A DNA stretch of 64,000 nt, taken from positions 4,014-68,013 of the forward strand of contig DAOULP010000114.1 of assembly GCA_034420175.1 (NCBI GenBank). Reading direction: 5' to 3'. Below, piece by piece: positions 28,209-37,681 of this stretch (the first letter of the stretch is position 1; each line of letters opens with the position of its first letter). The translations under genes were made by a program, and so were the position numbers. The notes below the pieces were generated by a model that ran no database searches, was not told the DNA's origin, and was given only the letters and a program-made list of their open reading frames with translations. The stretch comes from Dehalococcoidia bacterium (GTDB lineage Bacteria; Chloroflexota; Dehalococcoidia; DSTF01; JALHUB01).

Positions 28209-31200
28209 CTTGTCACCGAGCACGCCGCTCCCGTCCTGATAGCCAGGGCCTGGTAGGCACCGTACTGCAGAGGCCCGGACCAAAGCGGCACGCCCTCCGG
28301 GGTGCTGACGACGAGGAAAGCGCTCCACCCAGTCAAGGCTACCGCATTGGCATAGCAGAGGGGAGTGCGGGTCGTGGCGAAATCCCACGCGGGATCCACC
28401 AGATGGCGATACACAAGAGTATAGGGGTGATAGTCCCGATAGGCTCTCACAATGTCCCCCCAGTCGATCCCCCACCCGCCGCCAGAAGGCGGGGCGACCA
28501 ATCGGGAGTTGAGGCAGGCACCGCCAGCGATCACCGGGCCACAGAGCGAGATCGCGCCCACTGGAGTCGGCGTAGGTGTCCCGAATGCCCTGCCCTCCAC
28601 GTTGCACAGTCCCCACGGGTCAACCCACCTGACCGGGTTGTTCAGCACGTAGGCGTAGGGGTTCTGCGACTGAGGGAACTGCGCCAACCCCGGCCACGGG
28701 TCCTGACTCACGAACCGCCCGATGGCCGGGTCGTAGTAGCGGGCGCGGAGGTAGTAGAAGTCCGTCTCCTCGTCCCACTGCTCGCCGGTGAAGCGGAAGT
28801 GGGTGTCAGCAGGGCCCTCGTATTCCCTCGCCGCGCCGAACACGTCGTACCGATAGGTCCCGGTCCTGCTCCCCGTCCCGTCCGCCAGCTCACTCGTCGA
28901 GCCCAGGCCGTCGTACAGGTAGTACGTCGCCGTCTCCCCCTCCACCTGCGAGATCAGGTCCAGGCCGTAGACGTAGTAGGTCGTCCCGCCAGCCGCCGTC
29001 TCCTGGAGGATCACGGGCAGGGCCGAGCCGGCGTCCCAGATGTAGTCGGTCGTCGCCCCGTCCACCGTGCGGCTGACGCGCAGGCCGTCGCCGTTGTACT
29101 CGTAGGTCGAGGTCACACCATTGACCGTCGCCTCGATGAGCCGATTCTCGTGATCGTACTCGAAGGTGTCCGCTCCGCGGTCGGTCTGGTTGCCGTTGTC
29201 GTCGTACTCGTAGTCCACAGCACCGTCACCGCTGCAGCCGACCACAAACGTCTGCGCCAGCACCGCCCCCACATCACTCATGTCGATGGCGCTGTTGGGT
29301 GGGCCCGCCGGGTCGATGCCGGTCTCCGGGTCCGGGCCCAAGCCAGGCGAGCGGTCGTACTCGATCCCATCGGCCACGCCGTCGGGCGGAATGTCGGCGA
29401 CCGTGTCTCCGTTGGTGTCGATCCCCTTGTCGGAGTCGTAGTCCACGCCGTTGGCGTTGGGGGGCCCGCCTTCTTCGGTCCAGACGTAGAACAGCACCGC
29501 CATCACGTCACCGATGTCCACACCTCCCGTCTTGGTGCCATTGGCTGCAGGGTCTGCCCTGGCAGGTACGGGCACGTCGTAGACATCGTAGTAGGCGTTG
29601 GGGTCGAAGACGCCGCCCAGGGCCGCCTCCTCGCTCTGGGTGCAGCCGTCGCCGTCGGCGTCCAGTGAGCTGTAGGCGCTCTCCATCTGGTGGGCGTCGT
29701 CGTACTCAGAGGGGTTGTCCCACTTCCAGAGCCGATTGCCGACCTCGTCGTAGTGGTAGGTGTCGAGCTGCGACTCAAGGTTCACGACGTTCCTCAGGCG
29801 GTAGAGCTGGTCGTAGGTGTAGTCGGTGTAGTCCGTCACATCACTAGTATCGGTCAGTTGCGTCCGGTTCCCCACGGCGTCCATGTCGTAGGAGAAGGAG
29901 GAGATGAGGACAGGAGGGTCACCAGGGCCCTCGTTGACGAGGCTCTCCAGGCGGTCGGCGTTGTCGTACGAGTAGGTTGAGACCACGTCGTTGGGAAGAG
30001 TCGCGTCAGCAAGCAGCCTCGCGTCGTCGTACGTGTACGTCGTGACTGCTTCGTTCCAGTCTGTCACTGTCTCCAGGTTGTGCGCCTCATCGTAGGCGTA
30101 CTCGACCTCGTTGCTTCCACCCGGGTAGGTGATAGAGGTCCGGTTGCCAACGTTGTCGTATCCGTAGGCGACCGTGCGCGAGCCGGGGAAGGTAACGGAG
30201 GTCAGGCGGTCCACGTCGTCGTAGTCATAGCTGGTGGTGCCGCTCCCGTCCTCCATCGTCTCGCGGTTGCCCACGGCGTCGTAGGCGAAGGACACGTCGT
30301 CCGTGCCGGCGGGGTAGTCGATGTCGGTGAGGCGGTTGGCGGCATCGTAGGTGTAGGTCGTGGTCTGCTCGTTGCCATCGGTGCGCTCAGTGACGTTGCC
30401 GGCGGCGTCGTAGTCGTAGGAGGTGACGCGGCTGAGGGGATCGGTCACGGACTCCAGCCGGTTGAGGGCGTCGTAGGCGTAGGTGGTGGTCTCGTCGCGG
30501 GCGTCGGTCACCGACGTGCGGTTGCCGTTGTCGTCGTAGCCGTAGGTAGTGCTCTGACCCAGGGCGTCTATCACCTCGACCAGCCGGTCGGCGTCATCAT
30601 AGCCGTAGATGACCGAGGGACAGCCGTCGTCCTCCACCGTGTCGCTGTCGTCGTCGACACCATTGCCCGTGCCGGCCGAGCCGCAGTCATCGCCAGTCTC
30701 GGCGTCCCCGACGGTCTCCCGATTGGCGTCGGTGACGGTCTTGAGGCTCCCCTTGGCGTCATAGGTGTAGGTAGTGACGTTGTCCAGGTTGTCGGTGGCA
30801 GTGACGACGTTGTTCTGAGCGTCGTAGGCATAGGTGGTGGTATGGCCGAGCTCGTTGGTGGACGTGAGCAGGCGGCCGCCCAGGTCATAGGTGAAGGTCG
30901 TCTGGGGAGGGTCCTGGTGTCCGGAGAAGCGGGGGTCTGTGACAGCGGTCTGGTTGCCGTAGTCGTCATAGTCAAACTCGGTGGTGTTGCCGGTGCAGTC
31001 GGTGAGTGTGGTGGACTCGATGAGCTCCGTCACGAGGCCGGTGTCGTCGACGGTGAAGCAGATGCGGGCCTTGGTGGCGCCGCCGTCGTCCTTGCGGATG
31101 ACCTCAGTGACGTTCCCGTCGCCGTCGTACACGTAGTCGGCCTGCCGGCCCAGAGGGTCGGTTGCGAGGTCTACGTCGTTGTTGGCGGTGTAGATGAACT

Positions 31201-33250
31201 CCCAGTCGACGCCGCCCTGCGCCAGGTCGCAGTTGGCGTCGGTGTTGAGGGCGTCGATGATCTGCGTGACGTTGCCATAGGAGTCGTAGTCGTAGGCGGT
31301 CTTGTGGCCTTCCTGGTCGGTGACGCAGGTAGGGTTGTTGTCAGAGTCGTAGTCGTAGTGGACGACGCCGCTCAGCGCGTCCGTGACGTCCGTTGTGCGG
31401 AAGGACGTGTCAAAGTCGTACGTGCTCTTGTGGCCGAGCGGGTCCACCACGACGGTCTGCCCTGGGTCAGGCTCGGGCGTGACGCCGGGGCAGTTCTCGG
31501 TCTCGTTTCCGTAGGCGGGTTCAGTGCCGTAGTAGATGCAAGTCACGTGCTCCTCGGCGTCCCACTGCTCGGCGACACGGTTGGCCGTGTCGTAGAAGTT
31601 GCGGCTGGCGACGTGGCCGTTGGCGTCGGTGAGCGAGGTCATACGGTGGCTATCGTACTCGTAGGCGGTGGTGCCGCTCTTGACGTCCGTGACGGTGACG
31701 AGGTCGCCGGTGCCGGCGCCGTAGGCGAACTCCACAGTCCTGGTGTCGGGAGAGGCCAGAGGATCGGTGACGCTGGTGATCTGGTCGGGGTAGTTGCCGT
31801 TCTCGTAGCCGAACGTGAGGGCTCGGTCGCTGGAGTCCGTCACCGACGAGAGTCGGTCGCTGCCATCGTAGGCGAGCGTTGTCGTGTTGTCGTTGCGGTC
31901 CCTGATGTACTCCAGCCTTCCGTCCTCACTGAAGTCGTAGCTGATCTGTGACTTGGTGGTGAGCGTGTAGGTATCGTCCGGGTTCTGGACGAGGGTGTCG
32001 TAGTTGCCGGGAGGGGCCGTGAAGGAGCCGCCGTCAAGGTGGAAGTAGGCGGTGCCGCCGTGGGCGTACCTGACGCTGACCGAGCCGTCATCGTCGATGC
32101 GCAGCGAGGCGGAGTAGGTGTGGCTCCAGTGGGGGCCCAGGTCACCGACGTAGCTGGACAGAGACAGGTACCTCCTCGTGAACTCCAACGGGACCCCCCT
32201 GCCGGGAATGAGCAGGTCGGTGTGCGAGTGCATCGACTGGCCGGTGGTGGTGTCGAAGGGGTCCCCATCGGTGGCGCTGTGCCAGTCCGGCGCTGATATC
32301 CGCGCCAGCTGATCGGCAGCCACGTTGTCCACGGCGCTGGTGCCGACGGACGAGTGGAACGTGATGATGACGTTCTTGTCGACGTAGGCGTCGCCGACAT
32401 CCAAGACCTTGGTCGTCCAGGCCCTGCTACACGCCGAGCACTGGACGGTGTCCTCGTAGAGCAGGGGTATCGTTTCGGTCGACTCCCATACCTGGATCAC
32501 CAGCTCATGATCGTCCACTTCCGGGAAGGCGTAGTCGACCTCTATCCAACGGGCTGCCAGCACGAACTCCTCCGAGACCAGCCAGCCGCGAAAGAGAGGA
32601 TGCGCCCCGTGGGAGGCATCACTCGCCAACGTCACGTCCTCGGCCTCCCACGCGACGACCACGTCGTGCTGGGTGCCAACATCATCGACTTCGATTGTCC
32701 CGGAGTACGCTTCCACGCGGATTGTGACCGTCTTCCCCCACCAAGGCCCTAGGATGGGAATCGACTTCTCAACCCACGTCTGGCTACATTCGGGGCCGCT
32801 GCAGTCGATGAGCACCCAGGATCCCAACTCCTCGCCCCCCTCGCCGCCATCGAGGATCTTCACCTCAGCATGATTGGTCCCAGGCGTTGGCGCCTGCCAG
32901 CGGAGCCGAACCGCCTCGGTCCCCGGGTCCTGAGTCAGCTCGTAGGCGGAGGACTCAATGTAGCCGCTGGGGCTGATGGTTGCGTACCCGCCCTCGAACG
33001 ACGCTCCGGCGTACGTCCAATGGTCGTCACCAGCGGAGAAGTCGTAGTTGAGGGGCGGCGATCCAATCTCAACTGAGGGAGCGTCGAACGTGTTATTGAC
33101 CGGTGCCACGGTCGTTGCGCCGGATGCGGCTTCCGCCCGGCGCGGCGTATCGTGTGCGGCGGGGAGCCCAAGGCGGGCGGGGGCACTCGTGTTGGAGACC
33201 ACCAGAAGAGCGCTGAGAACGAAACCAGCAAGGAGAAGTCGGCGAAGCAT
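28205..33250 (-). CDS. RHS/YD-repeat polymorphic toxin (~1681 aa) with an embedded dockerin-like module and a unique C-terminal toxin tip
   Basis: Start taken at MLRRLLLAGFVLSALLVVSNTSAPA, a signal-like sequence. Dozens of YD repeats (YxYDxxGN...), then the core-end FRFTGEQWDEETDFYYLRARYYDPAIGRFVSQDPWPGL...DPWGL, then a ~140-aa C-terminal domain. Residues ~1240-1400 carry ...VDIGDVMAVLFYVWTEEGGPPNANGVDYDSDKG...AIDMSDVGAVLAQTFVVGCSGDG. Confidence 0.9.
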   Translation of the reverse strand: MLRRLLLAGFVLSALLVVSNTSAPARLGLPAAHDTPRRAEAASGATTVAPVNNTFDAPSVEIGSPPLNYDFSAGDDHWTYAGASFEGGYATISPSGYIESSAYELTQDPGTEAVRLRWQAPTPGTNHAEVKILDGGEGGEELGSWVLIDCSGPECSQTWVEKSIPILGPWWGKTVTIRVEAYSGTIEVDDVGTQHDVVVAWEAEDVTLASDASHGAHPLFRGWLVSEEFVLAARWIEVDYAFPEVDDHELVIQVWESTETIPLLYEDTVQCSACSRAWTTKVLDVGDAYVDKNVIITFHSSVGTSAVDNVAADQLARISAPDWHSATDGDPFDTTTGQSMHSHTDLLIPGRGVPLEFTRRYLSLSSYVGDLGPHWSHTYSASLRIDDDGSVSVRYAHGGTAYFHLDGGSFTAPPGNYDTLVQNPDDTYTLTTKSQISYDFSEDGRLEYIRDRNDNTTTLAYDGSDRLSSVTDSSDRALTFGYENGNYPDQITSVTDPLASPDTRTVEFAYGAGTGDLVTVTDVKSGTTAYEYDSHRMTSLTDANGHVASRNFYDTANRVAEQWDAEEHVTCIYYGTEPAYGNETENCPGVTPEPDPGQTVVVDPLGHKSTYDFDTSFRTTDVTDALSGVVHYDYDSDNNPTCVTDQEGHKTAYDYDSYGNVTQIIDALNTDANCDLAQGGVDWEFIYTANNDVDLATDPLGRQADYVYDGDGNVTEVIRKDDGGATKARICFTVDDTGLVTELIESTTLTDCTGNTTEFDYDDYGNQTAVTDPRFSGHQDPPQTTFTYDLGGRLLTSTNELGHTTTYAYDAQNNVVTATDNLDNVTTYTYDAKGSLKTVTDANRETVGDAETGDDCGSAGTGNGVDDDSDTVEDDGCPSVIYGYDDADRLVEVIDALGQSTTYGYDDNGNRTSVTDARDETTTYAYDALNRLESVTDPLSRVTSYDYDAAGNVTERTDGNEQTTTYTYDAANRLTDIDYPAGTDDVSFAYDAVGNRETMEDGSGTTSYDYDDVDRLTSVTFPGSRTVAYGYDNVGNRTSITYPGGSNEVEYAYDEAHNLETVTDWNEAVTTYTYDDARLLADATLPNDVVSTYSYDNADRLESLVNEGPGDPPVLISSFSYDMDAVGNRTQLTDTSDVTDYTDYTYDQLYRLRNVVNLESQLDTYHYDEVGNRLWKWDNPSEYDDAHQMESAYSSLDADGDGCTQSEEAALGGVFDPNAYYDVYDVPVPARADPAANGTKTGGVDIGDVMAVLFYVWTEEGGPPNANGVDYDSDKGIDTNGDTVADIPPDGVADGIEYDRSPGLGPDPETGIDPAGPPNSAIDMSDVGAVLAQTFVVGCSGDGAVDYEYDDNGNQTDRGADTFEYDHENRLIEATVNGVTSTYEYNGDGLRVSRTVDGATTDYIWDAGSALPVILQETAAGGTTYYVYGLDLISQVEGETATYYLYDGLGSTSELADGTGSRTGTYRYDVFGAAREYEGPADTHFRFTGEQWDEETDFYYLRARYYDPAIGRFVSQDPWPGLAQFPQSQNPYAYVLNNPVRWVDPWGLCNVEGRAFGTPTPTPVGAISLCGPVIAGGACLNSRLVAPPSGGGWGIDWGDIVRAYRDYHPYTLVYRHLVDPAWDFATTRTPLCYANAVALTGWSAFLVVSTPEGVPLWSGPLQYGAYQALAIRTGAACSVTR
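28696..28920. repeat. RHS core-end recombination repeat (copy C); copies A at ~26411..26620 and B at ~27611..27830
   Basis: ~210-bp near-identical stretches (GAACCGCCCGATGGC.GGGTCGTAGTAGCGGGCGCGGAGGTAGTAGA...GGTGAAGCGGAAGT.GGTGTCAGC...) in direct orientation at the three RHS core-end positions. Confidence 0.7.
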
Positions 33251-33663
33251 GGCTTCCTCCCTGTACCCTGCACGCCGGCCAGGCGGATCCAGACGGTTGA
33301 CCCAGATGCTGTTCACGATGAGAGGACTATGGCTCGTAGACGGTCCACCAGGTAGGAACCAAAAGCCGAGTAAGACTAACCCGCGGCGTTCCGCGCTGTC
33401 AAGCGATAACCTATCAGGATAACATAAGATCGGAGGCACGCGTTTCTGCGCTCAAAGAGGGTACGCCTCTCGTACCGGGTGTGCGGTCGTGGCTGGCGGT
33501 GCCCGCATTGTGGCGGCACCACGCGCTATGGGGTCATGGTGTGCGCTGCTTCGGCCTCCCGGAATCGCCTCGGGTTGCTGGGAGTCACACGGGAGAGGGG
33601 GAATGCGATACTCACAAACGAGACCCGCCGTTGGCGATCGCTATGCCGTAGGGCCCGGTCCCG

Positions 33664-35181
33664 CTAGTCCTCGGCCGCCCGCCGAATGGCCTCCCTCAGT
33701 CGGGCGACGTCGTCCTCGTCGACACCGGGAAGGTCCAAGGGTCCAACGTAGCTCTGGACCGACTCGTGGAGCTCCCTGAGCTTCTCCTTGCCCTCGGTGA
33801 TCGCTCGCCGCTCCTGGGGGCGGGCCAGGTCCTCCCCCTCGAACTCCGCCGACATCTCGTCCAGCACCTGCTCCACCGCCAGCAGCTCCCGCCACCTTAG
33901 CTCGATGCCTTCTTGGAGGTGGGTGGTCAGGGCCTCGGCGACCTCGTTGCGGCCGGAAGAGCCCTTCCGCGGCACGCCGAGCTGGTGGCTCAGGTGGTCG
34001 AGGCCCAGGCCCAGGGGAGCGTGCTGCATGGCCTGGTGGGCGGCCTCTCGGGCCCGGCGCAACCGTCGCACCTCGTCCGCCTTCGAGTCGGGCAGGACAT
34101 CGAAGCGCAGCCCCCAGTCGGGGAACACCGGCACCGGCTCACCGATCCAGTCGTAGAAGGAGCCGCTGTTGACATAAAGGCGACGGCCTCGGCGGGTGCC
34201 GGCCAGGGTTCCTTCCTCCACCAACCGGGCCAGCTCCAGAGTCTTCTCCTTGCGCACCCGCTTCCAGGCCGCCTCCTTCACCAGCGGCTCGTCGTCCCCT
34301 TCCTGGGGCTCTAGGTCTTCATCGGTCCATCCCTCGTACCTCTCGGCCAGCACCTCAGCGAGCTCGGAGGCGGGGACCATCTCCTCGCGGGCCGCCGCCA
34401 GCCGCTGCTGGTAGTCGCTTCTGGTGATGGGCTCCTTGGTGTGGAGGGCGATGTAGGAACCCAGGTCCATCGCCCTGATGGCCCAGAGGTGAAGGGAGAG
34501 GAGCCACCCGTAGCGGGCGTTGAGGAGCTCCAGTGCCTGCCGGAGAATGATCACGTAGAGGGAGACGACCTCGTAGGCTCCTCTCATGAGGCGGATGTAG
34601 TGGTTGAACTCGGAGGCTTGGTGGGGCGGCATCTTGGAGCGGGGCTCGGGGTGCTCGGGCACGCCCTCCTTCCAGGCCCGGAGGACGAGGACGGCCCGCT
34701 CCCTGGCGGTGAGGGCGGGGGCGAGCTTGTTGAGCCTGCCTTCGATGCTCACCGTCGCCACCCCCAATGGCGACCTCGGCCAGTGGCGGCGCTCTCCTGC
34801 AGCCGGGGGAACAGCAGGGACTCCAGGGATCGGACCCTCTCCTCGAGCTCGCCGGCCTCCAGGGCCTTGAGGGAGACCTGGGCCAGGTAGGCGAGGGTGC
34901 GGGAGCGGGCGATGGAGTTCTCCAGGCTGAGGGTGTCCAATACCGCGATCTCCAAAAGCCTGCGGACCTCCTCCACGCTGCCAAGGCCCTCGAAGTCGTA
35001 GGCCCCGGAGGGTCACCTTCTCCTTGCGGCGGCGCAGCCCGCCGAGGCGCCGGGCCTCTGTCGCCTCCTCGGCGTGGTCGGGGGAGTGCCAGAAGCAGAA
35101 GTCGCCGTCGCGGAGCGCCGCCTGGCGGCAGGGCTCTCCGCTCTCGTTCCGGGCCTTACAGGTGCGTTCGGCCATAAGCAC
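33664..35181 (-). pseudogene. Satellite/phage-like hypothetical protein (~505 aa, N-terminal zinc-ribbon-like CxxxC...CxxH), apparently double-frameshifted
   Basis: N-terminus MAERTCKARNESGEPCRQAALRDGDFCFWH and the C-terminal ~330 aa are protein-like. The middle segment in this frame is P/G/R-rich junk. A protein-like translation (AYDFEGLGSVEEVRRLLEIAVLDTLSLENSIARSRTLAYLAQVSLKALEAGELEERV...) exists in the +1 frame between a CCGGGG run at ~34985 and a GGGGG run at ~34770. Confidence 0.5.
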
Positions 35182-35310
35182 TCATAACCTCTGCTTATCG
35201 GGGGCGATGCTTATCCCCTGGTGGCGCACCATCAAGCGATAGTGTGGTGCCTCTGTGTACGAGGCAGACCCCCGCGTGGGGGATCTGCTCTCCGGGACTC
35301 TGGGCCGCGG

Positions 35311-35760
35311 CTAGGCCGTGGGCTCCGGGTCGTCGTTCCTGTGGCCCTCGGGGCAGGCCTCGGGCTCTTGGCCGTCCCCGACCACGAAGCCCTTCTGGCA
35401 GGCGGAGCACCAGTAGCGGACCTGACCCTCCTCCAGCCCTTGCTGGTTGGGGAGCTTCTTGATGGTCCGGAACTTGGAGCCCTTCCCCTTGCCCTTTGGC
35501 TTGGACTCCTTGGCGGCCGGCTCCTGTCCCTCCAGGGACCAGAACCGCCAGCCGTTGCAGGCGACACCGCCCATGACGGCGCTGCCTGCTGAGGAGGGGC
35601 TCTTGAACTCCTTCCCGTTGAGGTCGGGGTGGTCGGGGCAGTCGAGCTTGAAGCCGACCTTGTCGTCCTCCCCGGCCGTGACCACACACGCGTAGGTGTG
35701 GCCCTTGTACTTCGCCGCCAGGCGGGTCCCCGCTTCCAGCTTCCTGTTTTCGAGTGCCAT
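35311..35760 (-). CDS. Hypothetical protein (149 aa), K/G-rich middle, C-terminal CxxC
   Basis: Clean ORF on the same strand as the satellite genes. No motif assignment. Confidence 0.5.
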   Translation of the reverse strand: MALENRKLEAGTRLAAKYKGHTYACVVTAGEDDKVGFKLDCPDHPDLNGKEFKSPSSAGSAVMGGVACNGWRFWSLEGQEPAAKESKPKGKGKGSKFRTIKKLPNQQGLEEGQVRYWCSACQKGFVVGDGQEPEACPEGHRNDDPEPTA

Positions 35761-35811
35761 TGGGCACCTCCTTTCTTGGTGGTCGATACATCACTCGGCG
35801 TCGAGAGGAAG

Positions 35812-37065
35812 TCAACGGGGTGTGTCCCCCTTCTTTGGACTCAGTTCTGCCTTCAGACCGGTGAAGGCCTCCCAACGGGCGAGCACGACCCGGCAATAGT
35901 GGGGGTCGAGCTCCATCCCGTAGCAGACGCGGCCGGTACGCTCGGCGGCGATGAGGGTGCTGCCTGAGCCCAGGAACAGGTCCAGCACCACGTCCCCCGC
36001 CCGGCTGCTGTTCTCGATGGCGCGCTCCACCAAGGCCAGGGGCTTCATGGTTGGGTGCAGGGCCGACTCCGCCGGCCGGTCGATGGTCCAGACGTCGCCC
36101 TGGTCTCTGTCCCCGCACCAGTGGTGGTCGGCGCCGTCGCGCCAGCCGTACCAGATGGGCTCGTACTGGCGCTGGTAGTCGGCCCTTCCCAGGACGAAGC
36201 GGTCCTTGGCCCAGATGATGGTGTCGGACCAGTGGCCTCCCAGTTCCCCGAGGACGCGGGAGACGGTGGGCCACTCCCTGGTGGACATGCAGACGTAGAG
36301 GGCGCCGTCGACCGCGTCCAGCAAGTTCCTCGCCCACGCCCGGCAGAAGGACTCCCACTCCTGGGGAGGGAGGGCGTCGTTCTGGATGCGCCTCTTGCGG
36401 GCGCCGCGTTGCTGGCCGCCGTGGTCCCCGTAGGCCACGTTGTAGGGCGGGTCGGTGAAGGCCATCTGAGCGTTACGGACGTCCAGCAGGCGCCGTACGT
36501 CGCCCACGTCGGCGGCGTCGCCGCATAGCAACCGGTGGTCCCCCAACCGCCACAGGTCGCCGCGTTTCGCAACAGGGGCGGCACGTGCGGCTTCCAGGGC
36601 GGCATCGAGGTCGAAGGACTCGGGCCTCTCTCGTTTCTCCCTGTGGTCCAAGCTCCTGAGGAGCTTCGCCAGCTCCTCCTCGGTGAAGCCGGTGAGGGTG
36701 AGGTCGAGATCTTCAGACGGCTGAAGATCGGCCAGCAGCCGGGCGAGGAGCTCTTGGTCCCAGGTGCCGGAGATCTTGTTGAGAGCCAGGTTGAGCAGAT
36801 GGGCCTTCTCGGGGGAGAGGTCGACGAAGATGACCGGCACCGTCTTGAGGCCCAGCTTGCGGGCGGCGAGGAGTCTTTGGTGGCCGCCGATCACGATTCG
36901 GTCATCGTGTCTGGCGATGATGGGGTCGACGAGGCCGAACTCGCGGATGCTGCGGGTGAGGGCCTCCAGCTCGGCGTCGGAGATCCGCCGGGGGTTGGCC
37001 GGGTCGGGGTGGAGGTCGTCGATGGGGACCTGCTCTACGGTGGGTGTGGCTGTCGCCGCGGTCAT
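35812..37065 (-). CDS. ParB-like nuclease domain / DNA methyltransferase fusion (beta-class, DPPY)
   Basis: Start at MTAATATP with a GGAGTGAGGAG RBS. N-terminus PIDDLHPDPANPRRISDAELEALTRSIREFGLVDPIIA...GGHQRLLAARKLG is the ParB N-terminal domain. FTDPPYNVAYG is MTase motif IV. VVLDLFLGSGSTLIAAERTGRVCYGMELDPHY is motif I. Confidence 0.85.
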   Translation of the reverse strand: MTAATATPTVEQVPIDDLHPDPANPRRISDAELEALTRSIREFGLVDPIIARHDDRIVIGGHQRLLAARKLGLKTVPVIFVDLSPEKAHLLNLALNKISGTWDQELLARLLADLQPSEDLDLTLTGFTEEELAKLLRSLDHREKRERPESFDLDAALEAARAAPVAKRGDLWRLGDHRLLCGDAADVGDVRRLLDVRNAQMAFTDPPYNVAYGDHGGQQRGARKRRIQNDALPPQEWESFCRAWARNLLDAVDGALYVCMSTREWPTVSRVLGELGGHWSDTIIWAKDRFVLGRADYQRQYEPIWYGWRDGADHHWCGDRDQGDVWTIDRPAESALHPTMKPLALVERAIENSSRAGDVVLDLFLGSGSTLIAAERTGRVCYGMELDPHYCRVVLARWEAFTGLKAELSPKKGDTPR

Positions 37066-37070
37066 TCTCC

Positions 37071-37544
37071 TCACTCCTGCACCATCCTTCTGTACTCCTC
37101 GATCGCCACCACGGCCGGGCTCTCTCCCTCCTCCTGCGGCTGCTCGTGCCCGATGCCGGCCCGCAGCCGTGCCATAGGGCTCAGGCACAGTTGGCGGCCC
37201 AGCTCCGCCAGGGTCTCCTCCGCGTCCCGCTTCATGAACCAGAGGGGGTTACGCACCAGGTGCCCGCGTGCTCCCTTCAGCAGCTTCCCTGACTGCTGCA
37301 ACAGCCTCTGGAGCTCACGCCAGTCCGCCCAGGCTTGGCAGTACCTGATGAGGACGGCCCTGTCGATGGAGGAGAGAAGCTCTGCCGCCTTCAGCTCCCC
37401 GACGATGCGACGCCACTCGGCCTTCGCCTCGGGCGGGAGGTCCCTCGGCATGGCTGGACGGCCCACCATGACCGACTTGCCGCTGGTCTGGCGGCGGTTG
37501 CGGCGGCGGGCGTAGGGCTTGGGTAGCGGTCCTCTCTCACCCAT
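37071..37544 (-). CDS. Phage terminase small subunit, P27 family-like
   Basis: ...LPPEAKAEWRRIVGELKAAELLSSIDRAVLIRYCQAWADWRE...LVRNPLWFMKRDAEETLAELGRQLCLSPMARLR matches the P27-family pattern (W...L...D...L..YC.AW...NP...elGLTP.sR.RL). Confidence 0.75.
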   Translation of the reverse strand: MGERGPLPKPYARRRNRRQTSGKSVMVGRPAMPRDLPPEAKAEWRRIVGELKAAELLSSIDRAVLIRYCQAWADWRELQRLLQQSGKLLKGARGHLVRNPLWFMKRDAEETLAELGRQLCLSPMARLRAGIGHEQPQEEGESPAVVAIEEYRRMVQE

Positions 37545-37681
37545 TCAGCAGCCCTTCCTCTCCATGTGATCTTTTCTGGGAAAACCCGTACAGGGTCTCA
37601 GATTGGGCTGGCAGCGCTCGGCGTCCGCCGTCGAGCCCAAAAACATCGACCGCCTCCCCCCGGTCCCCAGAGCGGGGCTCC

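Noticed and set aside
27831-28616. 261-aa version of the RHS-downstream immunity ORF
   Set aside because: The first 136 codons lie inside the RHS gene in another frame. The internal ATG overlapping the RHS stop (ATGA), followed by TM helices, is the plausible start.
28403-31951. Long plus-strand ORFs (421 aa, 623 aa, 182 aa) inside the RHS gene
   Set aside because: They are antisense to the RHS gene, which has an unmistakable YD-repeat translation. Their V/G/A-rich junk composition marks them as mirror-frame artefacts.
35195-36605. 387-aa and 186-aa minus-strand ORFs overlapping the ParB-MTase gene
   Set aside because: They are off-frame relative to a gene with clear ParB and DPPY/FxGxG motifs, with extreme P/R/G bias.
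36535-37515. 326-aa plus-strand ORF
   Set aside because: It is antisense to the ParB-MTase and TerS genes. No motifs.
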